From Patescibacteria group bacterium (GTDB lineage Bacteria > Patescibacteriota > Patescibacteriia > XYB2-FULL-38-15): a DNA stretch of 64,000 nucleotides. A model generated the notes under the pieces. It did not search any database, had not been told where the DNA came from, and saw only the letters and a list, made by a program, of their open reading frames with translations. The stretch is from NCBI GenBank assembly GCA_041737355.1, contig JBGSRW010000006.1:3246-67245 (forward strand), written 5' to 3'. Positions 35,818 through 46,619 of the stretch are shown piece by piece. The first letter of the stretch is position 1, and every line of letters starts with the position of its first letter. Position numbers and translations under genes: made by a program.

Positions 35818-36375
35818 TTATTTTTGTCCCTCCCTGAACGGGAAGCCAAGCAATTTTAATAATTCCAAACCCTCTTCCTTACTTTTTGCGGTTGTCCTGA
35901 TGGTAACTTGCAGTCCGTGCATTTTTTCTATTTCTTCAGATTTAATTTCCGGGAAACAAATATCGTCCTTGAACCCAACCGACAAATTTCCTGATTTGTC
36001 CATGAGCTCGGAGGAAAGACCTCTAAAATCACGAACACGCGGAAAAGTTATATTAATTAGCTTATCAAGAAAATCGTACATTCTGCTTCCCCTCAAGGTA
36101 ACCACCATTCCTACCGGCATACCCTGCCTGATCTTAAAATTGGCGATGGATTTTTTAGCCAATGTCTTAATCGGTTTCTGGCCGGTGATTTTTCTCAAAG
36201 TCTCCTCGACTATATCCAAAAATTTAGCGTCCTTCAGCCCTTGCGAGAGCCCTGCGCTAACAACGACTTTCTCGACTCTCGGAACGGCGAAAATATTTTT
36301 ATAACCAAATTTCGCTTCCAGCGCCGGAACCGATTCTTTTTGATATTTAATTTTTAATCTTGATTCGTTTTCCAT
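35818..36375 (-). CDS. rplE: 50S ribosomal protein L5
   Basis: L5 pattern and position. Confidence 0.9.
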   Translation of the reverse strand: MENESRLKIKYQKESVPALEAKFGYKNIFAVPRVEKVVVSAGLSQGLKDAKFLDIVEETLRKITGQKPIKTLAKKSIANFKIRQGMPVGMVVTLRGSRMYDFLDKLINITFPRVRDFRGLSSELMDKSGNLSVGFKDDICFPEIKSEEIEKMHGLQVTIRTTAKSKEEGLELLKLLGFPFREGQK

Positions 36376-36400
36376 AACTTTAAAGCTGCTGGCTTATTGT

Positions 36401-36712
36401 TTAATCTATTACCTCGCCGCACTGTTTGCACATCCTGACCTTTTTTTTATTTTCCAAAATTTTATACCCTACTCTCGTAGGTTTATTGCATTTGCTGCAA
36501 ACCAAAAGTATATTGGACGCGCGCATTGAAGAAGGAAACTGGATACGCTGTCCTTTTTCTCCGCTCCGACGGGGCCGCATATGCTTAACAACCAAATTCA
36601 ACCCTTCCACCGTAAGTCTTTCTTTTTCGGGGAAAATAACGAGGACCTTACCTTCTTTACCCTGGTCCTTACCAGCAATAATTTTTACTTTGTCGCCTTT
36701 CTTAATTTTCAT
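36401..36712 (-). CDS. rplX: 50S ribosomal protein L24 with a C-terminal Cys4 zinc ribbon
   Basis: KOW motif GDKVKIIAGKDQGKEGKV, then CSKC...CKQC. Confidence 0.88.
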   Translation of the reverse strand: MKIKKGDKVKIIAGKDQGKEGKVLVIFPEKERLTVEGLNLVVKHMRPRRSGEKGQRIQFPSSMRASNILLVCSKCNKPTRVGYKILENKKKVRMCKQCGEVID

Positions 36713-36746
36713 ATTTCCTTCTGTGTTTTAATTTATTTTCCGTTCT

Positions 36747-37118
36747 TTAAAGCACTTCCGGGGCTAATGAAATAATTTTCATGAAACCCTTGCCGCGAAT
36801 CTCTCTGGCTACTGGACCGAAAATTCTGGTCCCCTTCGGCTCTTTACTTTTTTTATCGACAATTACGGCCGCGTTATCATCAAACCTTACATACGTTCCG
36901 TCCGGACGGCGAGTTTCCTTGTGCGTTCTTATAATAACGGCGTGGACAACATCGCTTTTCTTCACCATGCCGTGCGGAACCGCTTCTTTCACTACGCAAG
37001 TAATAATATCTCCCAACCGGGCATATCTTTTTTTGTATCCGCCCAAAACCCTGATGCATTGAAGTTTCTTTGCACCGGTATTGTCTCCGACTTTTAGCAT
37101 TGTGCGATGTTGAACCAT
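36747..37118 (-). CDS. rplN: 50S ribosomal protein L14
   Basis: [17 protein letters not shown]. Confidence 0.92.
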   Translation of the reverse strand: MVQHRTMLKVGDNTGAKKLQCIRVLGGYKKRYARLGDIITCVVKEAVPHGMVKKSDVVHAVIIRTHKETRRPDGTYVRFDDNAAVIVDKKSKEPKGTRIFGPVAREIRGKGFMKIISLAPEVL

Positions 37119-37157
37119 ATTAAGATAAATTTTATCAGTTATGCTCGTCTTTTCTTC

Positions 37158-37421
37158 TTAACTCTCCTTTGTCCCAATCCTGCCGGTTAAACGCCATCTT
37201 TTTTCTTTAGAAATCGGCCTGCATTCTTCAAAAATAACTGCATCTCCGGTTTTACATTCATTCTTTTCATCGTGGATCTTGTATTTTTTGCTGACGCGAT
37301 AGCGCTTCCCGTATTTTGAATGCGCCTTTATTCTATCTACCACAACGACAGCCGTTTTGTCCATCCGGTGGGAAACGACTACGCCTCTGAACTTCTTGTT
37401 ATTTTTAATTTTTTCCGTCAT
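37158..37421 (-). CDS. rpsQ: 30S ribosomal protein S17
   Basis: S17 OB-fold pattern. Confidence 0.9.
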   Translation of the reverse strand: MTEKIKNNKKFRGVVVSHRMDKTAVVVVDRIKAHSKYGKRYRVSKKYKIHDEKNECKTGDAVIFEECRPISKEKRWRLTGRIGTKES

Positions 37422-37429
37422 AAATAAAA

Positions 37430-37639
37430 TTATTTTGCTTTATCGTTTGTTTCACTTTTCCTCTGTTTTTTCAGAGTCAGTATCTGGGCTATTTGCATTT
37501 TTTGAACCCTGATCTCCCGGACATCCTTCATTTGCTTCGCGGCAATCTTAAATTTCAAAACCTGCAAACCCTCTCTAGCCGCAACGAGCATCGCTTCCAG
37601 TTCTTTGTCATTTTTATTTTTTAATTCTTTGAACTTCAT
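37430..37639 (-). CDS. rpmC: 50S ribosomal protein L29
   Basis: 69 aa helical protein; position. Confidence 0.85.
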   Translation of the reverse strand: MKFKELKNKNDKELEAMLVAAREGLQVLKFKIAAKQMKDVREIRVQKMQIAQILTLKKQRKSETNDKAK

Positions 37640-37644
37640 ATTTT

Positions 37645-38055
37645 TTATTTAACGACAACTTTAGTTTTAACCGGCAATTTATAGCCGGCCAATCTCATCG
37701 CTTCCTTGGCGGCATCGGCGGGAACTCCATCCATTTCAAAAAGAACCGTGCCGGGCTTTACCGGAACCACGTAATGGTCAACCGCTCCTTTGCCTCCGCC
37801 CATCGGGATTTCGTTGCCCTTGGTTGTTATCGGTTTATCGGGAAAAACCCTTATCCATATCTTTCCGCCTTTTTTCATGGCTCTTATTAAAACTCTCCGG
37901 ACCGCTTCGAGCTGCCTCGAAGTAACCCAGGCGTAGCCCAACGAACGCAAGCCAAAACTTCCGAAACTTATTTCGGTCTTCCTGGTAGCGCTCCCTTTGC
38001 CTCTCCTTCTTCCCTTGAAGGATTTTCTGTGTTTTACTTTTTTGGGCATCAACAT
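37645..38055 (-). CDS. rplP: 50S ribosomal protein L16
   Basis: MLMPKKVKHRKSFKGRRRG. Confidence 0.92.
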   Translation of the reverse strand: MLMPKKVKHRKSFKGRRRGKGSATRKTEISFGSFGLRSLGYAWVTSRQLEAVRRVLIRAMKKGGKIWIRVFPDKPITTKGNEIPMGGGKGAVDHYVVPVKPGTVLFEMDGVPADAAKEAMRLAGYKLPVKTKVVVK

Positions 38056-38061
38056 ATATTT

Positions 38062-38718
38062 TTATGCAGCTACTTTTGATTTAAAAACTTCCCCTTTATA
38101 AATCCAAACTTTTATTCCTATCGCTCCGTAAATCGTGAAAGCCGGGCTGCTCGCATAATCTATATCCGCGCGCAAAGTATGAAGAGGAATTTTACCCCAG
38201 CTCAGCATTTCTTCCCTGGCAATCTCCGCTCCATCAAGCCTGCCAGAACAAACAACTTTTACGCCCTGGGCCCCGGCTCTTTGAACTCTCAAAATCGACT
38301 GCTTCATGACTCTTCTGAAGGGAATTCTTTTTTCAATGTCAGAAATCATACCCTGTATAACAATCTCGGCGGAAAGACTCGGGCTTTGAACTTCCTGAAC
38401 ATTCAGGTTAAAAGCCGTCTTTTTATCCAAAAATTTTTCTTTTATTTTTTTCTTCAAATCTTCTATCCCCGTACCGGCGTGTCCGATAATAAGGCCCGGT
38501 TTAGCGGAATGGATAATAACCGTCACGGCATTGGCTGTTCTTTCTATTTCAATTTTCGCAACTGCGGCTTCTTTCAGTGTTTTTTGTAAAAATAAGCGCA
38601 ATAAAACATCCTGTCTTAATCTGGCAATATAATCTTTTTTGGCAAACCACTTAGAATTCCAAGTATAAATTTGGCTCTGCCCTGTTCTGAAAATTTTTGG
38701 ATGAACTTTTTGTCCCAT
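38062..38718 (-). CDS. rpsC: 30S ribosomal protein S3
   Basis: MGQKVHPKIFR, KH domain. Confidence 0.92.
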   Translation of the reverse strand: MGQKVHPKIFRTGQSQIYTWNSKWFAKKDYIARLRQDVLLRLFLQKTLKEAAVAKIEIERTANAVTVIIHSAKPGLIIGHAGTGIEDLKKKIKEKFLDKKTAFNLNVQEVQSPSLSAEIVIQGMISDIEKRIPFRRVMKQSILRVQRAGAQGVKVVCSGRLDGAEIAREEMLSWGKIPLHTLRADIDYASSPAFTIYGAIGIKVWIYKGEVFKSKVAA

Positions 38719-38750
38719 TGTCTTCTATGATTAGTTTTTAATTCTTTATT

Positions 38751-39293
38751 TTATCCTGAACCAGTTTTTCTTTGCAAAATTTTCTTTAAAAAACCTTTCG
38801 ATTTTTTAACCTCTTTTCCTCTAGATTCCGATTGTCTCCTGTCCTTCTCGTCGATATTCTTTTCTTCCTTGGATTTTTCTCTGGTGTAGGCTTTCAGGGT
38901 TTCTGCCATTTTCGGTTTTTCAAGAACATCGTTATGTTTTTCGCCTGCTCTCTGGGTCGGGACCTTTTCGGCCAAGACAATCGAGATATGGGAAGATCTT
39001 TTACGAATCGGCGTGGCCCGGCCGAAAGCTCTGGGTTGCCATCTCTTCAAAACAGGCCCCCCATCAACCGTAATCGCCTTGATATACAAATTATCCTTTT
39101 GCAATTTAAGATTATTAACAGCATTAGCAATGCCCGAATTCAACAATTTCAAAACCAAACCTGCCGCCACTTTAGGCATAAATTGAAGTTGGCGGGACGC
39201 TTCCTCAACGTCCAATCCCCTGATCAGATCTATGACCAGTCTTGCTCTCCTTGGGGATGTTCTCACGAATTTTGCTTGCGCTTTAATTTCCAT
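38751..39293 (-). CDS. rplV: 50S ribosomal protein L22 with a roughly 70-aa lysine/glutamate-rich C-terminal extension
   Basis: L22 core followed by a long charged tail; 180 aa. Confidence 0.88.
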   Translation of the reverse strand: MEIKAQAKFVRTSPRRARLVIDLIRGLDVEEASRQLQFMPKVAAGLVLKLLNSGIANAVNNLKLQKDNLYIKAITVDGGPVLKRWQPRAFGRATPIRKRSSHISIVLAEKVPTQRAGEKHNDVLEKPKMAETLKAYTREKSKEEKNIDEKDRRQSESRGKEVKKSKGFLKKILQRKTGSG

Positions 39294-39314
39294 AAAATTT
39301 TATTTTCCGAACGT

Positions 39315-39638
39315 TTATTTTTTCGCCGCCGTTGTTTCGGCCTTAGCCGCTTCGGCTTGTTTCTGCTCAATCTCTTTCTGCATTCTTCCGCCGTGACGAA
39401 TAAATTTTCTCGTCGGTGAAAATTCACCAAGTTTATGGCCGACCATATCTTCAGTTATCAAAACCGACACATGAATCCTACCGTTATAAACTCCGATTGT
39501 AAAACCAACCATCTCGGGGGTAATTGTCGAAGCCCGAGACCAAGTTTTAATTATTGTCTTATCTCCGGCTTTCAGTTTTCCAACCTTGGCTAACAATCTC
39601 AGATCAACAAACGGGCCTTTTTTTAAACTTCTTGGCAT
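39315..39638 (-). CDS. rpsS: 30S ribosomal protein S19
   Basis: [12 protein letters not shown]. Confidence 0.92.
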   Translation of the reverse strand: MPRSLKKGPFVDLRLLAKVGKLKAGDKTIIKTWSRASTITPEMVGFTIGVYNGRIHVSVLITEDMVGHKLGEFSPTRKFIRHGGRMQKEIEQKQAEAAKAETTAAKK

Positions 39639-39655
39639 ATTTAATAAATAATTTT

Positions 39656-40483
39656 TTATCTTCTCCTTTTCAGAATAAATTTATCTGACCATTTATTCGG
39701 TTTTCTTGTCTTGACACCGAGAGCGTGTTTGCCCCATTTGGTTTTGGGATATTTTAAACCGATTGGCGAAAGACCTTCACCGCCGCCGTGCGGATGATCG
39801 ACCGGATTCATGGCCTTACCGCGAACAGTCGGCCGCCAACCGCGGTAGCGCATTCTCCCCGCTTTGCCCCAACGAATCAAACGTCTATCCTTAGCCCCCA
39901 CTTCTCCAACCGTTGCCGCACACTCCTTTTTCACCAATCTCGCCTCTTTGGACGGGAGTTTCAATTGGGCATAATCTCCTTCAACTGCTAAAAGCTGAGC
40001 GCCAAGCCCGGCCCCCCGCACCAATATACCACCCATTCCCGGCTGTAGTTCTATATTGTGGACAACCGTTCCGACCGGCATAGCCTCCAAGGGCATCCTG
40101 TTACCCGCTTTTATCTCAACCTGTTTTTTTGAAGAAACAATTTCATCGCCCACTTTAAGACCCAATGGAGAAATAATATAACTTTTTTCTCCGCCGGGAT
40201 ATTGCAGTAAGGCAATGCGAGCAGTCCGGTTCGGATCGTATTCTATAGCTAGAACCTTCCCCGGTACATCAAATTTATCCCGTTTAAAATCAACTAAACG
40301 GAGGTATCGTCTTGTCCCGCCCCCGCGGTGTCTGGTCGTTATCTTGCCTCCCGCGCGTCCGGATTTCTTTTTCTTGACGATTATCAAAGATTTCTCCGGT
40401 TCAATTTTTGTTATATCCTCAAAAGTGTCAACCGATGAGTTTCGGCGACCAGGACTGGTTGGTTTGTAAATTCTAATCGGCAT
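39656..40483 (-). CDS. rplB: 50S ribosomal protein L2
   Basis: L2 signature GGGxxRxxRxxDF...HPHGGGEG. Confidence 0.93.
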   Translation of the reverse strand: MPIRIYKPTSPGRRNSSVDTFEDITKIEPEKSLIIVKKKKSGRAGGKITTRHRGGGTRRYLRLVDFKRDKFDVPGKVLAIEYDPNRTARIALLQYPGGEKSYIISPLGLKVGDEIVSSKKQVEIKAGNRMPLEAMPVGTVVHNIELQPGMGGILVRGAGLGAQLLAVEGDYAQLKLPSKEARLVKKECAATVGEVGAKDRRLIRWGKAGRMRYRGWRPTVRGKAMNPVDHPHGGGEGLSPIGLKYPKTKWGKHALGVKTRKPNKWSDKFILKRRR

Positions 40484-40514
40484 AAATTAATTGTTTTGAT
40501 TGCTATTTTTACCG

Positions 40515-40931
40515 TTAAACTCCTTCGTGAATCTCTATTTTTTCTCCCGGCTTCAGGGTAATAACCGCCTTTTTCCTTTTTTTAGTTTGTCCAAGGGTTT
40601 TTCCGTACCTTACTTGTTTTCCCCGGGTGCGGATTATATTGATACTAATCGGCCTGACTCCGTAGATACTTTCAATGGCCTTGGCAATTTCAATCTTGTT
40701 AGCCTTGCAGGAAACCTCAAAAATGTATTGCCCGTATTGGCCGATAAAAGCGGCTTTTTCGGTAACCAATGGTTTAACCAAAACACCGACAATCTTTTTG
40801 TTGTTTTTCCTTTTCGAAACCGCCTGAGGTTTCCGCGCCGCCTGTGGTTTTTCTTCCATGGCAGGCGCCTTCTCCTTGGCGTTTTCTTTCGGTTTTTCTT
40901 CTTTACCTTTTAATTTATCCAAAATAGACAT
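40515..40931 (-). CDS. rplW: 50S ribosomal protein L23 with an N-terminal lysine-rich extension
   Basis: L23 core (LVKPLVTEKAA...) behind an extension of about 40 aa. The true start is uncertain. Confidence 0.85.
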   Translation of the reverse strand: MSILDKLKGKEEKPKENAKEKAPAMEEKPQAARKPQAVSKRKNNKKIVGVLVKPLVTEKAAFIGQYGQYIFEVSCKANKIEIAKAIESIYGVRPISINIIRTRGKQVRYGKTLGQTKKRKKAVITLKPGEKIEIHEGV

Positions 40932-40938
40932 AATTCTT

Positions 40939-41568
40939 TTACTTAAGGTGCTGCTCCATAAAACGTAACGCGGCTATGGGCAACATTATATATTCATTCT
41001 GCAACACGTCTGCTACATTCAGCCCCCTGGCTTCGATCGTTTTGATCTGGGGTAAATTTGCGGCTGATTTCACTATTTTTTTATCGTTACCGGCTAAAAC
41101 TACCAGAGTTTTCTTTTCCTTCAACGGAAGCTTATTAATAATTTCAGCGAATTTTTTAGTTTTAAAATTTTCCAGTTCCAGCTTGTCAACCAGAACTATC
41201 TTCTCTTCCCTGGCTCTGTCGGAAAGACACATCAGGAGGGCTTTTCTTTTCATTTTCTTATTAATTTTTTGCGTAAAATTTCTATCGTTTCTCGGCCCGA
41301 AAACAACACCGCCACCGACCCAAAGAGGAGATCTTATGGATCCTTGACGGGCCCGGCCAGTACCTTTTTGTTTCCACGGCTTTATACCGCCGCCGCTGAC
41401 TTCGCCCCGGTGCTTGGTGTGGGCGACAACTTGCCTGCGATTTGCGAGCTGCGCGGTTGCGGCCTGGTGGACCAAGCCGACTTTTACTTCGATATCAAAT
41501 AACGCCGGGTCAAGATTCTCTTCCCCAACCACTTCGCCGGACATATTGTAAATTTTAGCTTTCAGCAT
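40939..41568 (-). CDS. rplD: 50S ribosomal protein L4
   Basis: L4 pattern (KPWKQKGTGRARQGS). Confidence 0.92.
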   Translation of the reverse strand: MLKAKIYNMSGEVVGEENLDPALFDIEVKVGLVHQAATAQLANRRQVVAHTKHRGEVSGGGIKPWKQKGTGRARQGSIRSPLWVGGGVVFGPRNDRNFTQKINKKMKRKALLMCLSDRAREEKIVLVDKLELENFKTKKFAEIINKLPLKEKKTLVVLAGNDKKIVKSAANLPQIKTIEARGLNVADVLQNEYIMLPIAALRFMEQHLK

Positions 41569-41576
41569 AATAAATT

Positions 41577-42182
41577 TTATTTCTGGCTAATCATTAATAA
41601 CGCCCCACGAGCTCCCGGAACCGCTCCCTTCAAGGCCAAAATATTATTTTTTTCGTCTATCTCAACGACTTCAAGATTTTTAACTGTTACTCTGTCTCCG
41701 CCCATTCTTCCGGCCATTCTCATCCCTTTAAAAACCCTCTGCACTCCGCCAGCGCCTATTGAACCAGGCATTCTCAGGTTGTCTTTGTGGCCGTGGGAAG
41801 CCGGACCGCCATGGAAACCATGCCTCTTAACCACTCCAGCAAATCCTTTTCCTTTTGAAAAACCCATAACCTCTACTTTTCCGCCAACCGTAAATTCGGA
41901 AACCTTTATTTCCTGACCGCGTTTGTATTCTTCCGGTTTTTCAACCTCAAATTCGACCAGGTGTCTAAAATTTTCTAGCTCTTTCAGATGACCGGCCATG
42001 GGTTTGGAAATTTTTTTCTGTAACCCAAAGCCGACTTGAACGGCGTCGCAGTTGTCCTTTCCTTTCGTTTTAACCTGAGTAACTTTGCACGGACCAGCGG
42101 AAACCAAAGTAACCGGAACCACGGTTCCGTCTTCCTTGAACTTTTGCGACATTTCTATTTTTTTACCAAGTATAAACTTCAT
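41577..42182 (-). CDS. rplC: 50S ribosomal protein L3
   Basis: MKFILGKKIEMSQ... Confidence 0.92.
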   Translation of the reverse strand: MKFILGKKIEMSQKFKEDGTVVPVTLVSAGPCKVTQVKTKGKDNCDAVQVGFGLQKKISKPMAGHLKELENFRHLVEFEVEKPEEYKRGQEIKVSEFTVGGKVEVMGFSKGKGFAGVVKRHGFHGGPASHGHKDNLRMPGSIGAGGVQRVFKGMRMAGRMGGDRVTVKNLEVVEIDEKNNILALKGAVPGARGALLMISQK

Positions 42183-42443
42183 AATGGTTTGTAACGCAAA
42201 CTTTTTACTATCTTTTTACCATGTTTTACAATTAATTCTTCCTTTCAAAACAAAAAACCGAACTTAAAGCCGGCTTCCGTTTTCCCGGATTCTAAGTTTT
42301 CTCGATTTGATGGTTAATTGTAAAACCTTTCAAATAATCAGGGGCAAATAGAGGTTTTATCCAGCCCTTTTGGCGAAGAACGATTATTCATTCTCCATCA
42401 AAAGGGCCTGACATCTTTCTTTACTCTCCCCTAACTAATTAAA

Positions 42444-42788
42444 TTACATTTTGATCTCCACATCCACACCGGCCGGAAGATTCAAGTTTGTTAAGGCGTC
42501 TACAGTTTTGGACGTTGGCTCCAAAATATCAATCAATCTTTTGTGCGTTCTCATTTCGTATTGCTCCCGAGCGTCCTTATGGACAAAGGTGGAGCGGTTG
42601 ACGGTATATTTTTTGATTTCCGTCGGGAGAGGCGTAGGACCGGAGATTGATGCGCCGGTTCTTATGGCCGTCTCAATAATGGTACGCGCCGATTGATCAA
42701 TTATTTTGTGATCATAGGCCCTGATTTTTATTCTTATTCTGGGCCGCGCATCTTCTTTTTCCACTTTTTCAGGATTTTTAGTTTCCAT
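42444..42788 (-). CDS. rpsJ: 30S ribosomal protein S10
   Basis: [17 protein letters not shown]. Confidence 0.92.
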   Translation of the reverse strand: METKNPEKVEKEDARPRIRIKIRAYDHKIIDQSARTIIETAIRTGASISGPTPLPTEIKKYTVNRSTFVHKDAREQYEMRTHKRLIDILEPTSKTVDALTNLNLPAGVDVEIKM

Positions 42789-42796
42789 TTTGTTTT

Positions 42797-42830
42797 GTAA
42801 GCCCCGTTAGCAGTTAAAACTGCTAACGGG
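42797..42830 (-). terminator. perfect 12-bp hairpin between tuf and rpsJ (attenuator or partial terminator)
   Basis: ccccgttagcag-ttttaa-ctgctaacgggg, with no strong T-run downstream. Confidence 0.5.
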
Positions 42831-42844
42831 GTAAGAACGATAAA

Positions 42845-44035
42845 TTATTTTATAATTTTTGTCACAACTCCGGCACCAACGGTTTTACCGCCTTCACGGA
42901 TAGCGAATTTCATCTTCTCTTCGAGAGCAACCGGAACGATCAATTTAATCTTCAAATTAACCGTATCGCCAGGCATAACCATTTCGGTGCCCGCGGGCAA
43001 TTCTACTTCACCGGTAACGTCTGTAGTTCTGATATAAAACTGCGGTTTGTAGCCCTTGAAAAAAGGTTTATGGCGTCCGCCCTCTTCCTTGGTCAAAGCG
43101 ATGATTTCCGCTTCGAACTCGGTATGCGGATTAACCGAACCCGGTTTAGCCAAAACCTGTCCGCGTTCGACATCCTCTTTCTTTGTACCGCGAAGCAAAA
43201 TACCGGCATTATCACCAGCCCGGCCTTCGTCCAAAGATTTATTGAACATTTCAATGCCGGTCACGACAGTTTTTTGCGTATCGCGCATACCGACAATTTC
43301 CATTTCGTCGTTCAATTTAACTATGCCTCTCTCAATTCTTCCGGTTACAACCGTACCGCGACCTTCGATTGAGAATATGTCTTCAATCGGCATCAAGAAC
43401 GGCTGATCCGTAGCGCGCTGCGGTTCGGGAATATATTCATCCAAAGTTTTAACTAATTCCATGATCGGCTTTGAGGCTTCCTCGTCTCCCGGATTCTGGA
43501 CAGCCTTCAGGGCTGAACCTCTGATAATCGGAGTCGTATCACCAGGAAAATTATATTTTTTAAGCAAATCTCTAACTTCTTCCTCGACCAAATCGATAAG
43601 CTCCTTGTCTTCAACCATGTCGCATTTGTTCAAAAAAACAACGATGTAAGGAACACCTACTTGGCGAGCTAAAAGAATATGCTCTCTGGTTTGAGGCATC
43701 GGACCGTCGGTCGCTGAAACAACCAAAATAGACCCGTCCATCTGGGCTGCGCCCGTAATCATGTTTTTAATATAATCGGCGTGGCCGGGGCAGTCGACGT
43801 GGGCATAGTGTCTTTTTTCCGTCTCATACTCAACGTGAGCGGTAGCAATAGTAATGCCTCTGGCTTTTTCTTCCGGGGCGGAGTCGATCTGGTCAACATT
43901 TTTGTCGGAAGCTTTCATGCCGTGCGCCCGAAGAACCGCCAAAATAGCTGCGGTTAAAGTTGTTTTGCCATGGTCAACGTGGCCGATTGTTCCCACGTTA
44001 ACATGGGGTTTTGCTCTTTCGAATTTTTCTGCCAT
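42845..44035 (-). CDS. tuf: elongation factor Tu
   Basis: [21 protein letters not shown]. Confidence 0.95.
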   Translation of the reverse strand: MAEKFERAKPHVNVGTIGHVDHGKTTLTAAILAVLRAHGMKASDKNVDQIDSAPEEKARGITIATAHVEYETEKRHYAHVDCPGHADYIKNMITGAAQMDGSILVVSATDGPMPQTREHILLARQVGVPYIVVFLNKCDMVEDKELIDLVEEEVRDLLKKYNFPGDTTPIIRGSALKAVQNPGDEEASKPIMELVKTLDEYIPEPQRATDQPFLMPIEDIFSIEGRGTVVTGRIERGIVKLNDEMEIVGMRDTQKTVVTGIEMFNKSLDEGRAGDNAGILLRGTKKEDVERGQVLAKPGSVNPHTEFEAEIIALTKEEGGRHKPFFKGYKPQFYIRTTDVTGEVELPAGTEMVMPGDTVNLKIKLIVPVALEEKMKFAIREGGKTVGAGVVTKIIK

Positions 44036-44130
44036 ATTAAAACTCCTTACGCGACCCCCTCCGAAGGATTTCGGAAGAGTTTTATCCAGCCGCTAATTTA
44101 TTATTTATTATTTTTTAAAACTCAATTTCT

Positions 44131-44158
44131 ATTATAGCACTGCCTATTTTTTTTGCAA
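44131..44158 (-). promoter_or_regulatory. sigma70-like promoter for tuf (TTGCAA-N16-TATAAT)
   Basis: Read on the minus strand; followed by a small leader hairpin and an AAGGAG SD. Confidence 0.55.
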
Positions 44159-44161
44159 CCC

Positions 44162-44473
44162 TTACTCCACCGGCTCGAAATAAAACTGGCTTTCCTCTTC
44201 CGCCGGCTTTTCTTCCACCGGCAAAAGAGCGGGAGGCTCGCTTTCTGTTTTTGTCGCTTCTTCCCGCCAAAGGGCAATGTCCTGATTAATTTTATCTATT
44301 TTATCGGGCGCCCTTTCTTCTGTCAAGCCCCGGTCGCTAACCGCTCCAACCATCTTCTCGTAATCCCTAAAATCCATTACCGCATAGGCAGTTTGGTCTT
44401 TTGGATCAACGACAATAACTTTATCCCCGGTTTTCTTGATTAAATTAAGCGCTCTTTCCAATATTTCCCTCAT
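44162..44473 (-). CDS. hypothetical 103-aa acidic protein inserted between fusA and tuf
   Basis: ORF with native GC content; no motif recognised. Confidence 0.45.
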   Translation of the reverse strand: MREILERALNLIKKTGDKVIVVDPKDQTAYAVMDFRDYEKMVGAVSDRGLTEERAPDKIDKINQDIALWREEATKTESEPPALLPVEEKPAEEESQFYFEPVE

Positions 44474-44522
44474 ATTCTGGTGTTCTTATTATAGATAAAT
44501 GACCTAAAAAGTCAACCCCCCC

Positions 44523-46604
44523 CTATTTCTTGCCCTTTTCTCCGACGATAGTCTCCGACACGTTTCTCGGAACTTCGGCGTAATTTGCAAATTCCATATT
44601 GTAACTTGCCCGACCCTGGGACATCGATCTTAGAGAAGTAGCATAGCCGAACATTTCGGCAAGCGGTACCATAGCATCAATTACTTTAATCCCGGCCCGG
44701 TCGCGCATTTCCTGGATCTGGCCTCGCTTGGAATTCAAATCTCCGATAACCTCGCCCATAAACTGCTCCGGAGTCAAAACCTCGACTTTCATCATCGGCT
44801 CCAGCAAAACCAGATTGGCTTTTTTAGCGGCCGCCTGTACTGCCATTGATCCGGCAATTTTAAAGGCTGCTTCGGAAGAATCGACTTCATGATACGAGCC
44901 ATCATAAACCGTAGCCTTGACGTCAATAACCGGATAACCGGCCAAAATTCCTTTTTCTAAAGCCTCTTTAGCGCCTTTGCCGATTGGAGCTATGTACTCT
45001 TTTGGAACCACGCCACCTTTTATCTCGTCCGCAAATTCAAAACCCTTTCCTCTTTCCAAGGGTTCAACTTTAATCCAACAATGGCCATATTGACCACGGC
45101 CACCGGATTGTTTGATGTATTTTCCTTCCGCTTCAGCGGTTTTCAAAATTGTTTCTTTGTAAGCAACCTGCGGTTTGCCGACATTGGCTTCCACTTTAAA
45201 TTCTCTTTTCATGCGATCAACGATGATATCCAGATGCAATTCACCCATACCTCCGATAATGGTTTGCAAAGTATCTTCATCGGTGCGGACTTTGAAAGTC
45301 GGATCCTCTTCGGCCAATTTCTGGAGGGCAACTCCCATTTTTTCCTGGTCGGCCTTGGTTTTCGGCTCAATGGCAATATGGATAACCGGCTCGGGAAACA
45401 CAATGGACTCGAGCATCATCGGATGATCCGGATCGCACAGGGTGTGCCCGGTAAAAGTATTCTTGAAACCTACCGCGGCGGCTATTTCTCCAGCAAAAAC
45501 TTCATCTACGTCTTCGCGATGGTTGGCGTGCATCCGGACAATACGGCTGATTCTCTCGCGTTCACCGGTTGAAACATTCAAAACGTACGATCCCGCTTTT
45601 AAGGTTCCTGAATAAACTCTGAAAAAACAAAGTTTGCCGACAAAAGGATCGGAAGCTACCTTAAATGCCAAAGCCGTAAAAGGTTCTTCGTCTGATGCCC
45701 GGCGGGTTATTTTTTTATCCTTGTTTTTGGAATCAAAACCTTCCGTCGGCGGAACGTCGAGCGGGGAAGGCAGGTAGTCGGCTACCGCGTCCAACATAAA
45801 CTGTACACCCTTATTTTTCAAAGCGCTGCCACAAAGAATTGGGACGATATTATTAGCAATAACCGCCTTGCGCAAAACTTTTTTCAAATCGGCTACCGGG
45901 ATATCTTCGCCGGCCAAATATTTATTCATCAAGGACTCGTCATTTTCCACTATGGCTTCTATCAGTTTCGCCCGATATTCCTCAACTTTTTCTTTCATGT
46001 CGGCCGGGACATCTTCTTCGGAAATATCCTTGCCCATCTCGTCATGATAAATATAGGCCTTGCGGGTGAACAAATCTATAATTCCTTTAAAATTAGCTTC
46101 TGTTCCGATCGGCAATTGCAAAGGATGAGCATTGAGAGTAAGTCGATCGTGAATGGATTTAACATCGTTATAAAAATCGGCGCCCATCCGGTCAAGTTTA
46201 TTGATAAAACACATGCGCGGAACATTATATCCGTCAGCGTAGCGCCAGTTGGTTTCCGATTGCGGCTCGACCCCGGCTACTCCGTCAAAAATAACAACAG
46301 CGCCGTCCAAAACGCGCAGGGATCTTTTAACTTCCACGGTAAAATCAATGTGGCCTGGAGTGTCAATCAGGTTGATGCGGACGTCTTTCCAAAAACAGGT
46401 TGTGGCCGCGGCAGTAATTGTAATACCGCGCTCTCTTTCCTGTTCCATCCAGTCCATTTCCGCCGCACCCTCATGAACCTCGCCGATTTTATGTTTTTTC
46501 CCGGTATAGTAGAGAACACGCTCGGAAACAGTTGTTTTACCGGCATCGATATGGGCAATGATGCCGATATTTCTCGTTTGTTCCAAGGAATATTGTCTAG
46601 GCAT
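44523..46604 (-). CDS. fusA: elongation factor G
   Basis: [20 protein letters not shown] domains IV and V. Confidence 0.95.
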   Translation of the reverse strand: MPRQYSLEQTRNIGIIAHIDAGKTTVSERVLYYTGKKHKIGEVHEGAAEMDWMEQERERGITITAAATTCFWKDVRINLIDTPGHIDFTVEVKRSLRVLDGAVVIFDGVAGVEPQSETNWRYADGYNVPRMCFINKLDRMGADFYNDVKSIHDRLTLNAHPLQLPIGTEANFKGIIDLFTRKAYIYHDEMGKDISEEDVPADMKEKVEEYRAKLIEAIVENDESLMNKYLAGEDIPVADLKKVLRKAVIANNIVPILCGSALKNKGVQFMLDAVADYLPSPLDVPPTEGFDSKNKDKKITRRASDEEPFTALAFKVASDPFVGKLCFFRVYSGTLKAGSYVLNVSTGERERISRIVRMHANHREDVDEVFAGEIAAAVGFKNTFTGHTLCDPDHPMMLESIVFPEPVIHIAIEPKTKADQEKMGVALQKLAEEDPTFKVRTDEDTLQTIIGGMGELHLDIIVDRMKREFKVEANVGKPQVAYKETILKTAEAEGKYIKQSGGRGQYGHCWIKVEPLERGKGFEFADEIKGGVVPKEYIAPIGKGAKEALEKGILAGYPVIDVKATVYDGSYHEVDSSEAAFKIAGSMAVQAAAKKANLVLLEPMMKVEVLTPEQFMGEVIGDLNSKRGQIQEMRDRAGIKVIDAMVPLAEMFGYATSLRSMSQGRASYNMEFANYAEVPRNVSETIVGEKGKK

Positions 46605-46619
46605 AAATATTTAAAAAAA

